The position numbers and the translations under genes were made by a program. A DNA stretch of 64,000 bases from Bacteriovoracia bacterium (GTDB taxonomy: Bacteria; Bdellovibrionota; UBA1018; JBFWNL01): positions 64,001 through 128,000 of the forward strand of contig JBFWNL010000006.1 of assembly GCA_050251055.1 (NCBI GenBank), written 5' to 3'. Within the stretch, counting starts at the first letter, position 1, and each line of letters opens with the position of its first letter. Shown piece after piece: positions 1-10,473 of the stretch. A model generated the notes under the pieces. The model was given only the letters and a program-made list of their open reading frames with translations. It searched no databases and was not told the DNA's origin.

Positions 1-69
1 CTTCTTGTTGTTGTAGATACGATTGGAGGCGTTCGCCGTTCGGGGATAAGCACTTGGTTTTGCAGCCAT
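1..69 (-). CDS. 5' part of a possible gene running off the window edge (MAAKPSAYPRTANASNRIYNNKK...)
   Basis: ATG at 69 with an open frame to the window edge; TTGTTT-17-TAGGCT promoter-like motif just upstream; too short to identify. Confidence 0.35.
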   Translation of the reverse strand, partial: MAAKPSAYPRTANASNRIYNNKK

Positions 70-171
70 TAGATCTACAGCCTAACTTTTGACCTGAGGC
101 GAAACAAGGACTTTCAGGGACTTAGGAGAGATTCCTTGCGAGAATCCGACCAAAATGGCACAGTGAGCAAA

Positions 172-849
172 ATGAATTCCGGGGTCATCACCTACTGCCA
201 ACGCATGGATGCGAAGGGCTGGGTAGCCAATCACGACGGCAATATCTCTCTGCGTCAAGGTGAAGAGTTTCTCATCACGCCCGGCGCCCGCGCAAAGTTT
301 GATGTGTTGAAGGAAGAAGACCTCGTCGTCGTGGACGCGAAGGGCCAGAAGGTTCGCGGCAAAGGTTCTCCATTTTCAGAGTTCGCTGTCCATCAAAGAA
401 TTTACCAAGCCCGTCCTGACGTGATGGCCGTGGTGCACGCGCACCCGCCGCACGCGATGGCCGTGGGATGCGCCAATCAGGAAATGTTGACGACCGCCGT
501 GCCCGAAGCGGTAGTGAGTATCGGTCCGGGCGTGCCGTTGGTTGGACTGTGTCTCCCCAACTCCGATGCGCTCTGGTCGGAGCTCGACAAGCTCCTGCCC
601 CATTACAATGTCGTGATGGTAGGGGGAAACGGGGTTTTCAGCTGGGGCAAGGATCTGGAGCAAGCGTATTTACGTTTGGAGCTGGTAGAGCACCTGGCTT
701 CAATTCTGCTGAAGTCTTTACCCTTGGGCGGTCCGAAACTTTTGGCGTCGTCCGACGTGGTCACGCTCCTGAAAAAGCGCGAGGCCGCAGGCTTGGCTTT
801 GCCGCCGGATCCGGCACGTCCCCATTGGTTTGGTGCGAACTTAAAGTAA
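172..849 (+). CDS. Class II aldolase/adducin family protein
   Basis: GNIS, PxSE..H..IY..RPD and HAHP motifs; ATG 172 chosen, TTG 136 with an AGGAG SD is an alternative start. Confidence 0.85.
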   Translation: MNSGVITYCQRMDAKGWVANHDGNISLRQGEEFLITPGARAKFDVLKEEDLVVVDAKGQKVRGKGSPFSEFAVHQRIYQARPDVMAVVHAHPPHAMAVGCANQEMLTTAVPEAVVSIGPGVPLVGLCLPNSDALWSELDKLLPHYNVVMVGGNGVFSWGKDLEQAYLRLELVEHLASILLKSLPLGGPKLLASSDVVTLLKKREAAGLALPPDPARPHWFGANLK

Positions 850-859
850 AAAGTGACGC

Positions 860-1831
860 GTGGAATCCCCCCGGCACGTACCGATATTAGCCGATGAAAT
901 CACCGAAAAGCTGGTAGCGGCGTTTACGGCCCTGCCCATCGATGCGCCTCCGCGTGCGCTGCTGGATTGTACTTTTGGTGGCGGAGGCCACACGGGACGT
1001 TTACTCGAGGCATTCGCCAGCGACCCACGCTTGCGGCGGCATGTCGTCGTGGGCGTCGACCAGGATGCACGTGCGATCGAAGCCGGCCGCGCGCGCTTCC
1101 GAGACGCGATCGTCGCCGGACGGATGTACCTCATGCATTCCCGCTTCAGCCAAGCGTTGGAAAAACTCCCCCAGGTTTTGCCCGCGGAATTTCGTATTGC
1201 CGGGGGCGTGCGACTGGGAGGCTTGCTCGCAGACCTAGGGTTTTCCAGCGATCAAATTGATGACCCGACACGCGGGTTGAGCTTCCGCGCGGACGGTCCC
1301 TTGGATATGCGGCTCGACCCCGCGCGCGGGTGGAGCTGTCGGGAATACCTTGCGCAAGTAAGCGAGGCGGAGCTCGAGCGGGTGCTTCGGGAGTTTGGCG
1401 AAGAAAAGTTTTCCAAGCGTATCGCCGCGGGGATTATTCAGTCCCGTCAAAAAAATGACTTGCCGAAAACGACCAAAGCGCTCTCGGATATCGTTATTCG
1501 CGCGATCCCCGCGTCCGCCCGGCACGGGCGGCTGCACGCCGCGACGCGCAGCTTTCAAGCTTTGCGAATTGTCGTTAACGAAGAGTTAGAAGAACTCGAC
1601 GCCTTACTTGAGCATGTTATCCTAGCATTACAGCCAGGAGGGCGCGCCGCCATCATGAGTTTTCATTCTTTGGAAGACCGCCGCGTTAAACATTTTTTTC
1701 AAGCGCAGAGCCGTGGGGACCATCCGCAGCTCGAGTTGCTGAGCAAGAAGCCAATCATCGCCAACCGCGAGGAGTGCCTGCGTAATCCCCGCGCGCGCAG
1801 CGCCAAGTTGAGGGTCGCCGCACGCGTATGA
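860..1831 (+). CDS. rsmH: 16S rRNA m4C1402 methyltransferase RsmH (MraW)
   Basis: HVPIL, DCTFGGGGHT, DLGFSSDQID, PLDMRLD, SFHSLEDR, NPRARSAKLR. Confidence 0.97.
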   Translation: MESPRHVPILADEITEKLVAAFTALPIDAPPRALLDCTFGGGGHTGRLLEAFASDPRLRRHVVVGVDQDARAIEAGRARFRDAIVAGRMYLMHSRFSQALEKLPQVLPAEFRIAGGVRLGGLLADLGFSSDQIDDPTRGLSFRADGPLDMRLDPARGWSCREYLAQVSEAELERVLREFGEEKFSKRIAAGIIQSRQKNDLPKTTKALSDIVIRAIPASARHGRLHAATRSFQALRIVVNEELEELDALLEHVILALQPGGRAAIMSFHSLEDRRVKHFFQAQSRGDHPQLELLSKKPIIANREECLRNPRARSAKLRVAARV

Positions 1832-2136
1832 AGACGGGGAACGGTGGAAATACGGGACGTCGACGCTGGTTGCCTTTTTGGGCGATGCCCGTGTTGATTT
1901 TCATGGCGGTGGGGACGGTCTGGCTGCGGCTTGCGATCGTGCGGACTTCTTACGAGATCGACCAAGCGGAAAAACAGCTGAAGAACCATCGCCTGAATCT
2001 AGAGCGGTTGAACCTTAGCATCGCGAAGCTGCGGGCTCCACATCGCCTGGAGTCGCTCGCGAAGACCAACTTTAAACTCAATCATCCCAGGACGGGACAA
2101 GTCGTGTACATGGAAGACTCGGGGCATGGCAATTGA
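1828..2136 (+). CDS. ftsL: Cell division protein FtsL
   Basis: Single TM plus leucine coiled coil, L.AP.RLE..A motif, lies between rsmH and ftsI. Confidence 0.8.
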   Translation: MKTGNGGNTGRRRWLPFWAMPVLIFMAVGTVWLRLAIVRTSYEIDQAEKQLKNHRLNLERLNLSIAKLRAPHRLESLAKTNFKLNHPRTGQVVYMEDSGHGN

Positions 2137-4222
2137 GTTTCATGACTCCGTCAAGACCCGTCTGATTTGCTTCGCCGCCATGATATCGCTGCTGGCCGCC
2201 GGAGTTTGCGCACGCGCCCTGCATGTGCAAATCATGGGTGATCCTCGGCTTGAGCGCCTCGCCGCGCGCCAGGGTCAGAGCTTCGTTTCCGTGCGGCCCA
2301 AACGGGGCGTGATTATCGACCGCAACGGCAAGCCGCTTGCCGTGAACGTCGAGACGCAAAGCCTGGCTTTCACGGAATCGAAGGAGGCCCGCAATGGACC
2401 TCCGCAAGACCGCGTGGATCGTTACGCGCTCGCGCGCACCTTATCGAAAGCGCTCGGGATGGGGTTTCGTCCCCTCCTCCAAAAGCTGCACGCCGCGAAG
2501 GGTTTCGTCTGGATCCAACGCCACCTGACGGAAGGCCAAATCGAAGCGCTAAAAAAGGCGCGCCTGACGAACGGTTTCGGGGAGATGGCGCCCGGGATCA
2601 CGCTAATTAAGGAAAATAAGCGTGTTTATCCCAATGCGGAGGTCGCCGCACACGTGTTGGGTACGGTCAATATCGACTCGGACGGACTCGAGGGAGCCGA
2701 GCTTTGGTTTAACTCGCGCCTACGGGGAAAAGACAATTCGTTCATGGAGAAGAAAGACGCTTTAGGGCGCCCGACGTTCATCGACGCGGCGGCGGCCGCG
2801 AAGATCAAGGAAGGCGAGCCGCTGCAGCTCACTTTGGATTCGGCCCTGCAGTTCGAGGTTGAAAACGCCTTGCGCGCGGCGGTTCAACGCGCGCGCGCGC
2901 GCAGCGGGTCCGTCATCGTGATGGAAGCAGTCACGGGCGAGGTTCTCGCCCTCGCCAACCAGCCGGCTTTTGATCCCAACACCCGTGGGGTTCCCCCGGC
3001 CAACCGTCGCAACCGCGTTTTCACCGATGGCTTCGAGCCGGGCTCGACGATCAAGCCGCTCATGATGGCGCTTGGCGTGCAGCAAGGGTGGAAGGATACG
3101 GATCGATTCGACGGCGGACAGGGAAAATTCGTGCTTCAAGGGAAGACGATTTCGGAGGCCGAGTCCCACGAGAAATTCGGGTGGATCACCTTGAAGCGAA
3201 TGATCCAAGTCTCGAGCAACGTGGTAGCCGCGAAAGCCGCCTTGAAGCTCGGCGCTCAAAACTACATCCAAGGGCTGCAGCGCCTGGGTTTCGGCGCGAA
3301 GAGTGGTTCCGGGTTTCCCGGAGAGATTTCGGGGTGGCTGCCGGAGGCGAAACGCACCCGGCCGCTCACGGTGGCCAACATGGGCTTCGGCCAGGGGTTG
3401 CTGGTCACGCCCATGCAGATGTTACGGGGATACGCGGCGCTCGCGAACGGGGGCTGGCTCGTGCGGCCGACGCTCGTGAAAGGCCTGGAAACGCAACTTC
3501 CGGAAGCCCCGCCGAAGCGCGTGTTTTCCCGGCACACGGTGGAAACCCTCCAGGAGTCGTTGTTGGGGGTGACCGGCGAGGGGGGAACCGGCGGCAATGC
3601 CAATGTCGAAGGGTATCGCATCGCCGGCAAGACCGGCACCGCGCAGGTGGTGGACCCTGCGACTAAGCGATATTCCACGCATCGGTATATTTCCTCTTTC
3701 ATCGGGTTCGCCGTCGGCGTGGAGCCGAAGATCGTGATCTTTACTTCGATCGATGAGCCGAAGGGCGTGTACTACGCTTCCGAAACGGCGGCGCCGTTGT
3801 TTGCCGAAGTGTACAAAACCGTCGCCACGCGTTTCAGTATTCCCTCAGACCCCAAACTCGTGCTTCCCAAGCTCGCCGATACGTCGGGCAAGCGCGAGAC
3901 ATTGGACCAGATCCGCACGCAGGCGGCCATGCCTTCGCGCACGGTTTCGGATCGCGAGTTCATGCCGAGTCGTAAGCTCGCTTCCGACACCCCGGCCGTA
4001 GTTGCCAGCCAGCCGTCGGCCGAAGGTAAGGCGCCTCCCCCGACCGTTTTGAGAATCCCTTCGCTGAAGGGGCTTTCGCCACGCGAAGTAATGAACGTCT
4101 TTGGCGGGCATTCGGTGAAGTTGCACTTCACGGGATTTGGGTTGGTCGATCGCCAGAATCCGCCGGAAGGCACGGTGCTGCGGCCGGGTATGCCCGTTTA
4201 CGTGCGTCTGGGCGAGCCTTAG
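2126..4222 (+). CDS. ftsI: Class B penicillin-binding protein FtsI/PBP3 with C-terminal PASTA-like domain
   Basis: RG.I.DRNG, R.YP, GLEG.E, SxxK (STIK), SxN (SSN), KTGT; dcw position. Confidence 0.93.
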   Translation: MAIEFHDSVKTRLICFAAMISLLAAGVCARALHVQIMGDPRLERLAARQGQSFVSVRPKRGVIIDRNGKPLAVNVETQSLAFTESKEARNGPPQDRVDRYALARTLSKALGMGFRPLLQKLHAAKGFVWIQRHLTEGQIEALKKARLTNGFGEMAPGITLIKENKRVYPNAEVAAHVLGTVNIDSDGLEGAELWFNSRLRGKDNSFMEKKDALGRPTFIDAAAAAKIKEGEPLQLTLDSALQFEVENALRAAVQRARARSGSVIVMEAVTGEVLALANQPAFDPNTRGVPPANRRNRVFTDGFEPGSTIKPLMMALGVQQGWKDTDRFDGGQGKFVLQGKTISEAESHEKFGWITLKRMIQVSSNVVAAKAALKLGAQNYIQGLQRLGFGAKSGSGFPGEISGWLPEAKRTRPLTVANMGFGQGLLVTPMQMLRGYAALANGGWLVRPTLVKGLETQLPEAPPKRVFSRHTVETLQESLLGVTGEGGTGGNANVEGYRIAGKTGTAQVVDPATKRYSTHRYISSFIGFAVGVEPKIVIFTSIDEPKGVYYASETAAPLFAEVYKTVATRFSIPSDPKLVLPKLADTSGKRETLDQIRTQAAMPSRTVSDREFMPSRKLASDTPAVVASQPSAEGKAPPPTVLRIPSLKGLSPREVMNVFGGHSVKLHFTGFGLVDRQNPPEGTVLRPGMPVYVRLGEP

Positions 4223-4230
4223 CCCCGATG

Positions 4231-5184
4231 TTACCAGTTTAGATTCAAGAACTCGGACACCGCGCGCCGAAAAACCGCGTCGATCGCCGGCACTTCGTTG
4301 TGGATTTCGTGCCGAGCTCCCGCGAGCTGGATGAATTTGAAATGAGGCGCCTGTTTTTTGAGCACTTCTTGCGTGCACTCTGGTTTCACGTAACGGTCGT
4401 CGGCGCCAATCACCACTAGGCCACGGGCCGTGGAGGGAATCGGGGTCGTGCGTAGTTTTTTCGCCGCGGCCACGAGATTCGATGCGAACGCCGGTACCAG
4501 CAACGGCGACCGGGGACGGATCGGGTCGACGTGCGGATTGGCGAGGGCCTTGGCCGCGTAGAGTTCGTGCGCGGAAGTCAGGGTGCGCAGAGTGATCTCG
4601 TTGCCATGCAGGAATCCTTCCCCTACCGAAGTGCGGGGGCAGATCCCCGGAGCGATGAGGATCACCTGCGACGCCCAGCCGCGTGCGGCCATGTCGTACG
4701 CGGCGAGCCCACCGGTCGACCAGCCGATCACTACGGGGGGTTCGTTCTCCTTGGATTGCGGATGCCGGAATTTTTTCCAAACGATCTCCGCAATGGTCGA
4801 GATATGCAAGTTGGGGGTGATCGAATGCGCCACGCGCGTATGGTTCATGGTCCCGGTGGACCCGCCTTGTCCCATGTAATCGAATGCGATCACGCGGTAG
4901 CCGGATCGAGCGAGCGCCTGGAAAAGCGAATCGTGATTCAGCATCGAGTCGCCGAGGCCTTCGAGATAGAGGACATTGCCTCGAAACGGCTGGCTCGGCG
5001 TGATGACGGCGTCGAGGTAACCCGCGCGAATCTTCACCGCGGGCACCAAGAGAGTACGGGCGTCGTAATCCAAATCTTCCAGCATCCAGCCATTCGTCGC
5101 TATGGCAGATGACGCTGGGCCTGAGGAAAACAGCGTCGCCAAGAAGAGCAGAGAGCTAAAAATCGTCCGTGGAGTATTTTTCAT
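4231..5184 (-). CDS. Secreted alpha/beta hydrolase (lysophospholipase/monoglyceride lipase-like)
   Basis: Signal peptide; D..GQG.S, GWSTGG nucleophile elbow, GADD, RHEI.NE; start placed at ATG 5184. Confidence 0.85.
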   Translation of the reverse strand: MKNTPRTIFSSLLFLATLFSSGPASSAIATNGWMLEDLDYDARTLLVPAVKIRAGYLDAVITPSQPFRGNVLYLEGLGDSMLNHDSLFQALARSGYRVIAFDYMGQGGSTGTMNHTRVAHSITPNLHISTIAEIVWKKFRHPQSKENEPPVVIGWSTGGLAAYDMAARGWASQVILIAPGICPRTSVGEGFLHGNEITLRTLTSAHELYAAKALANPHVDPIRPRSPLLVPAFASNLVAAAKKLRTTPIPSTARGLVVIGADDRYVKPECTQEVLKKQAPHFKFIQLAGARHEIHNEVPAIDAVFRRAVSEFLNLNW

Positions 5185-5191
5185 GCGGCGC

Positions 5192-5220
5192 ACTGTAGAT
5201 TTGTTATTGCGAAGTGTCAA
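5192..5220 (-). promoter_or_regulatory. Sigma70-type promoter of the hydrolase gene, probably leaderless
   Basis: TTGACA-17-TACAGT, then 7 nt to ATG 5184; no SD. Confidence 0.7.
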
Positions 5221-5305
5221 ACACTCTGGGGTTGATTTAGGGATCCTTTAATCACGTTATTTCAAGCAGTTGTATTTCCGAGGGGAAGTTTGTAGCCTGG
5301 ATTTC

Positions 5306-6766
5306 GTGAATTTGTTCGAACTATTCCAGGATGTCCCGCGGGATGCGCTCGTGAAGGGAGAAGTCCCCCCCGATCGTCGTTCCTCGCGGGTCCTACACGT
5401 GACTGCGGATTCTCGCCAGGTGAAGGCGGGGACGGTTTTCGTCGCGACGCCTGGGGTGAGCGCGGATGGACACGCGTTTCTGCCGGCCGCCGCGGCCCAG
5501 GGCGCACTTTTGCTAGTGGGTGAGCGATCGCCGCCCTCGGGATTGTCTACTCCGTACCTGCAGGTGACCGATTCCCGCCAAGTGCTAGGACTTCTGGCTT
5601 CCGCATTTTACGGCCACCCCTCCCGCGCGATGAAGCTAATCGGGGTGACGGGCACGAGCGGCAAGACGACGACGACTTATCTCATCGAGTCGATCCTCGC
5701 GGCGGCGGGGGAGCGGCCGGGGCTCATTGGCACGGTGGAGTTCCGCACGCCGAAGGGGGCGCTGCCGTCCACGCACACTACGCCGGGCGCGGTGGAATTG
5801 CAGAAGCTGCTGGCGGAGATGCGCGACGCGGGCTGCCTGTCCGTGGTGATGGAGGTGTCTTCGCACGCGCTGAAGCAGGCGCGAACCTACGGGATCGCGT
5901 TCGATGTGGTGGCTTTCACGAACCTTTCGCCCGAGCATTTGGATTATCACCCGGACATGGAAGACTACTTCCAGTCGAAGGCCCGGCTATTCGGCGAGTA
6001 CATGAACTTTTCGGCCGAAGCGGGCAAACAGCCGCGTGCGGTCGTGAACGCGCGCGACGATTTCGGCGGCCGTCTGCTAAAAATGGCGAAAAATGCGACG
6101 CCCGCGCCGGAAACGGGAGGTTTACGTTTTGATCTGCGCGGCGTGCGCGGAAAGGTCGGCGGCGTCGCGATCGAAAGCCCGCTCCTGGGGGATTTTAACG
6201 CGCAGAACATCGCGGTCGCGGTGGGGGTGGCCCACGCCTTGGCCGTGGCGCCGGCGACGATCGCGGAGGGAGTTCGGCGCCTGTCCGGCGTTCCGGGACG
6301 CTTGGAGCCGGTACCGAACGGGCGCGGCTTCACCGTGCTCGTGGATTACGCGCACAAGCCGGATGCGCTAGAAAAAGTGCTCACGATGCTTCGCACGCTC
6401 AAGGGAAACGGAAAATTGATCACCGTGTTCGGCTGCGGCGGCGACCGCGATCGCCAAAAGCGCCCGCGCATGGGCGAGATCGCCGCCCGGCTCTCCGATC
6501 AGGTTGTCGTCACCTCCGACAATCCGCGCACCGAAGATCCTCTCGTCATCATTCGCGAGATCGAGGGTGGAATCGGTGATGCGGATGCACGGGCGCGCGT
6601 GAAGGTCGAAGCCGATCGTCGCGCGGCGATCACCCAGGCATTGACGGCCGCGAAGGGTGGCGACGTGGTGTTGATTGCGGGCAAGGGACACGAGGATTAT
6701 CAGGTGCTCGGGACGCGAAAAATACACTTTTCTGATCGGGAAGTGGTTTTGGATATTCTCAAGTAA
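5306..6766 (+). CDS. murE: UDP-MurNAc-tripeptide synthetase MurE (meso-DAP type)
   Basis: GVTGTSGKTT, MEVSSH, HLDYH, DYAH, DNPR, GKGHE; start uncertain (GTG 5306 or TTG 5270). Confidence 0.96.
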   Translation: MNLFELFQDVPRDALVKGEVPPDRRSSRVLHVTADSRQVKAGTVFVATPGVSADGHAFLPAAAAQGALLLVGERSPPSGLSTPYLQVTDSRQVLGLLASAFYGHPSRAMKLIGVTGTSGKTTTTYLIESILAAAGERPGLIGTVEFRTPKGALPSTHTTPGAVELQKLLAEMRDAGCLSVVMEVSSHALKQARTYGIAFDVVAFTNLSPEHLDYHPDMEDYFQSKARLFGEYMNFSAEAGKQPRAVVNARDDFGGRLLKMAKNATPAPETGGLRFDLRGVRGKVGGVAIESPLLGDFNAQNIAVAVGVAHALAVAPATIAEGVRRLSGVPGRLEPVPNGRGFTVLVDYAHKPDALEKVLTMLRTLKGNGKLITVFGCGGDRDRQKRPRMGEIAARLSDQVVVTSDNPRTEDPLVIIREIEGGIGDADARARVKVEADRRAAITQALTAAKGGDVVLIAGKGHEDYQVLGTRKIHFSDREVVLDILK

Positions 6767-6790
6767 TTACGAATAGTTACTAAAACCTTC

Positions 6791-6820
6791 TTGACGCCGC
6801 TTTTCAAACCTTTATAGCAT
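6791..6820 (+). promoter_or_regulatory. Internal sigma70-type promoter before mraY, probably leaderless
   Basis: TTGACG-18-TAGCAT, then 6 nt to ATG 6827; no SD. Confidence 0.55.
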
Positions 6821-6826
6821 CCATGC

Positions 6827-7903
6827 ATGCTCTATTACCTGCTCTATCCGCTTCACACGGAGCACTCGTTCTTCAACGTTTTCAAATACATCAGCTTCCG
6901 CACGTTCGGCGCGGCGATCACGGCCGTGCTTCTCTGCATGCTCGCTGGCCCCGCCTTCATCCGCATGCTGCAGCTTAAGCAGATTGGTCAAGAAGTTCGC
7001 AACGACGGCCCGCAGTCCCATTTAACCAAAAAAGGCACGCCCACGATGGGCGGCGTGCTGATCCTTTTCGCGATTTCGATTTCGACTTTGCTCTGGAGCG
7101 ATCTTTCCAACAAGAACGTCTGGATCGCGCTCATCACCACGCTGGCTTTCGGCGTGATCGGCTACATCGACGATTACCGCAAAGTCATCCGCAAGAATTC
7201 CAAGGGCCTTTCGGCGAAGGAAAAGCTTGTGATGCAGACGATCTTCGCCGTGATCGCGGCGGTCGTCATTTACTGGTTCCGCGACAACCCCCCGTTGCTG
7301 AAGTTTCCGTTCTTCAAGGATCTTTCGTTGGATCTCGGTATTCTGTTTATCCCGTTCGCGGTGCTGGTCATTGTAGGATTTTCTAATGCCGTCAATCTCA
7401 CCGATGGGCTCGACGGCTTGGCGGTAGGGCCAACCATTACGACCGCGTGCACGTTTTTGATTCTCGCGTACTGCGCGGGCCACATTAAAATCGCCGAATA
7501 CCTACAGATTCCTTACGTGCCGCGCTCGGGCGAGCTCGCCGTTTTCCTGGGCAGCGTGGCCGCATCCTGCTTGGGCTTCTTGTGGTTCAACACCTATCCG
7601 GCGCAAGTTTTCATGGGTGACGTGGGCGCGCTCGCGCTCGGTGGCGCCCTGGGTACGGTTGCGGTCATCACCAAGAACGAGATTTTGTTGGGCATCTGCG
7701 GAGGCATTTTCGTCATCGAGGCGCTTTCCGTGATGGCCCAGGTGGCGTCATTCAAGATGACGGGAAAACGCGTCTTCAAGATGGCGCCCATCCACCATCA
7801 TTTTGAGCTGAAGGGCTGGGCGGAACCGAAGGTGATCGTGCGGTTTTGGATCATTTCGGTGCTGCTCGCGCTCGTCACGTTGTCGACTTTGAAGTTGAGG
7901 TAA
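6827..7903 (+). CDS. mraY: Phospho-N-acetylmuramoyl-pentapeptide transferase MraY
   Basis: [39 protein letters not shown]. Confidence 0.98.
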   Translation: MLYYLLYPLHTEHSFFNVFKYISFRTFGAAITAVLLCMLAGPAFIRMLQLKQIGQEVRNDGPQSHLTKKGTPTMGGVLILFAISISTLLWSDLSNKNVWIALITTLAFGVIGYIDDYRKVIRKNSKGLSAKEKLVMQTIFAVIAAVVIYWFRDNPPLLKFPFFKDLSLDLGILFIPFAVLVIVGFSNAVNLTDGLDGLAVGPTITTACTFLILAYCAGHIKIAEYLQIPYVPRSGELAVFLGSVAASCLGFLWFNTYPAQVFMGDVGALALGGALGTVAVITKNEILLGICGGIFVIEALSVMAQVASFKMTGKRVFKMAPIHHHFELKGWAEPKVIVRFWIISVLLALVTLSTLKLR

Positions 7904-7916
7904 TCAGGAGCATTGC

Positions 7917-9299
7917 ATGAGTAAGTTCAAGGGTAAGCGGGTATTGGTCGTCGGTTTCGGTTTGTCCGGCGTTTCGGTCGTGAAATACATGGTGAAGCAG
8001 GGCGCGAAGGTCATGGTCACGGACCTGAAGCAGAAAACCGAACTCACCGAGTCGCTCAAGGCGTGCGCTGAGCTGAAGATCGAGTATGACCTCGGCAAGC
8101 ATACCAACAAGAACTTCCACACGGCCGAACTCATCGTCGTGAGCCCTGGCGTGCCCTTGAATATCAAGCCGCTCGAAGAAGCGCGCGAACTCTACGTTCC
8201 CATCACTTCCGAAGCCGATCTCGCCGCGAGCGCCCTGAAGGTGCCGCTCGTCGCGGTTACCGGCACGAACGGCAAGACCACCACGACCACCCTCTTGGGC
8301 GAGCTTTTCAAGGCGGACGGCCGTAAACCCTACGTGGGCGGCAATATCGGTAAGCCGCTGCTCGATTTCGTCACCAACGAAGAGGAAGCCGACGTCGTCG
8401 TCGCCGAACTCTCGAGTTTCCAGCTCGAGCTTGCCGAGAAGCTCGTGCCCGCGGCCGCGGTGTTTACTAATGTCGATCAGGACCATTTGGATCGTTACCC
8501 CAGCATGGATACCTACATCGCGGCCAAAAAACGGCTGCTCAAGGTGTGCGACAAGAACAGCTTCGTGATCCTGAATCACGACGATCCGCATGTTACCAAG
8601 TTCGTGAGCGAAAGCCCGGGCAAGATCTTTCACTTCACCAAGCAGAATCCGATGTCCATCGGCGGCAGCTTTGCCGAGAGCTTCGCGGGCGCTTATTTGC
8701 AGCCCGAGAAGAGCCGGATGATCCTCAAGGTCACCGGGCAGGAAGAAATTTACGACACCACCAACTTCAAGCTCATCGGGGACCATAACAAGGAAAACTT
8801 GATGGCCTCCATCATCGCCGCGCGCGCGATGGGCGTCGGCCCGAAGGCGATCCAGAAGGTGATCGACACCTTCGAGGGAGTCCCGCACCGGCTGGAGTTC
8901 GTGCGTAAGCGCAACGGCGTCTATTTTTTCAATGACTCAAAAGCGACGAACGTGCAGAGCGTGATCAAAAGCCTGCAGGCGTTCAAGCGCAGTCCCGTGA
9001 TCCTTATCGCCGGCGGCAAGGATAAGAATATGGATTTCTTGCCGCTCATCGAGCCCGTGCAGAAGCGTTGCAAGACCCTTATCCTGCTGGGTGAGGCGAA
9101 AGAGAAGATCAACCGTACTTTGGGAGATTTCGCGGAAACTTACCTGGTGGGTACCTTCGAAGAGGCTGTGCTCTTGGCCTACCAGAAGTCCCGTAGTGGC
9201 GATATCGTACTGCTTTCCCCGGGTTGCGCCAGCTACGACATGTTCCGTAACTACGAAGAACGCGGCGATTACTTCAAGAAACTTGTTAGCCAAATCTAA
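7917..9299 (+). CDS. murD: UDP-MurNAc-L-Ala:D-Glu ligase MurD
   Basis: VSPGVP, TGTNGKTT, GGNIG, ELSSFQL, DHLDRY, NDSKATN, SPGCASYDMF. Confidence 0.97.
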   Translation: MSKFKGKRVLVVGFGLSGVSVVKYMVKQGAKVMVTDLKQKTELTESLKACAELKIEYDLGKHTNKNFHTAELIVVSPGVPLNIKPLEEARELYVPITSEADLAASALKVPLVAVTGTNGKTTTTTLLGELFKADGRKPYVGGNIGKPLLDFVTNEEEADVVVAELSSFQLELAEKLVPAAAVFTNVDQDHLDRYPSMDTYIAAKKRLLKVCDKNSFVILNHDDPHVTKFVSESPGKIFHFTKQNPMSIGGSFAESFAGAYLQPEKSRMILKVTGQEEIYDTTNFKLIGDHNKENLMASIIAARAMGVGPKAIQKVIDTFEGVPHRLEFVRKRNGVYFFNDSKATNVQSVIKSLQAFKRSPVILIAGGKDKNMDFLPLIEPVQKRCKTLILLGEAKEKINRTLGDFAETYLVGTFEEAVLLAYQKSRSGDIVLLSPGCASYDMFRNYEERGDYFKKLVSQI

Positions 9300-9303
9300 G
9301 CAG

Positions 9304-10473
9304 TTGGCAAAACCGTTCGCGTTCTCCCTCTTCAAATGGAAAGGGTTGGATCTCTTTTTAATCTCCGTGGTCGGGGCCATGGTCATCTTCGGGTTGATCA
9401 TGGTCTATAGCGCCTCGTTCATGGCGACGTTGGAGCGCACGGGCGACGGTCTCTTTTTCGTGAAAAAGCAGCTTTTGTTCGGGGTGCTGGGCATGGTGGC
9501 GCTCGTGGTGGCGGCGAGCGTGCCTTATCGTTTCTGGATGAAGCACGCCTACTTGATTCTCCTGTTTTCTACGGTGCTTTTGGCTTTGGTGCTGGTGCCC
9601 GGCGTGGGCGTCCAGTCGAAGGGCGCTAGCCGGTGGCTGAACGTCGCGGGATTTCACTTTCAGCCGGCCGAATTCGCCAAGTTTGCCCTCATGCTTTTCG
9701 TGGCCCGCCAGCTCACGACGAAAGGCGATCGTATCCGCCGCTTCGTCCCCGGCGTGCTCTCTAATTTCTTGGCGATCACCCCCGCGCTCCTCTTGCTCTT
9801 GAAGCAGCCCGACTTCGGCTCATGCGTGATCATCGTGGGCGTGGTGTTCGCCCTGATGTTTTTGGGTGGCGTGCCGAAGCGCTATTTGCTCGGTTGCGTG
9901 GGCCTAGCCGGGGCGGCGGGCGCGGCCCTGGTTCTGATTTCGCCTTATCGAATGGCGCGGCTGACTACTTTCTTGAATCCCTGGGAGGATCCTTCGGGCA
10001 AGGGGTTTCAGATTCTCCAGTCGCTCATTGGGCTGAATAACGGAAAGTTTTGGGGAGTAGGTCTGGGGAATAGTAAGGAAAAGCTTTTCTTTTTGCCGGA
10101 GGCGCATAACGATTTCATCTTCGCCATTATTGGCGAGGAGCTGGGGTTTTTGGGCGTGGCCGCGGTGTTGCTGGCTTATTGCTATTTCATCTACCGGGGT
10201 CTGTCCGTAGCTTGGGCGCTTTATAAAAAGACCGGCGACCGTTTCGGTCTCTTGCTTGGTTCGGGCATCACCGCCGCGATCGGATTCCAGGCGTTTGTGA
10301 ACATGTCCGTAGTGATGGGCTTGTTACCGACCAAAGGTTTGAACCTACCGTTCATCAGTTACGGAGGATCGGCGCTGCTCATGAACCTCTTCGCGGTCGG
10401 TATTCTCATGAATATCGCGGCCGAAGCGGGAAAAACGCGGCGGGCGGCCCTTGCGCGAGGAGGCTCTAAGTGA
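9304..10473 (+). CDS. ftsW: SEDS peptidoglycan polymerase FtsW
   Basis: MVYSAS, RW, QPAEFAK, QPDFG, LPEAHNDFIF, PFISYGGS; start set at TTG 9304 just after the murD stop. Confidence 0.95.
   Translation: MAKPFAFSLFKWKGLDLFLISVVGAMVIFGLIMVYSASFMATLERTGDGLFFVKKQLLFGVLGMVALVVAASVPYRFWMKHAYLILLFSTVLLALVLVPGVGVQSKGASRWLNVAGFHFQPAEFAKFALMLFVARQLTTKGDRIRRFVPGVLSNFLAITPALLLLLKQPDFGSCVIIVGVVFALMFLGGVPKRYLLGCVGLAGAAGAALVLISPYRMARLTTFLNPWEDPSGKGFQILQSLIGLNNGKFWGVGLGNSKEKLFFLPEAHNDFIFAIIGEELGFLGVAAVLLAYCYFIYRGLSVAWALYKKTGDRFGLLLGSGITAAIGFQAFVNMSVVMGLLPTKGLNLPFISYGGSALLMNLFAVGILMNIAAEAGKTRRAALARGGSK

Noticed and set aside
155-172. Sigma54 promoter at TGGCAC near 156
   Set aside because: GG-N10-GC spacing not met
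9091-9303. N-terminal extension of ftsW, and likewise extensions from 22212, 46730, 54361, 57008 and 62564
   Set aside because: Deep overlaps with upstream genes; downstream starts give typical coupling
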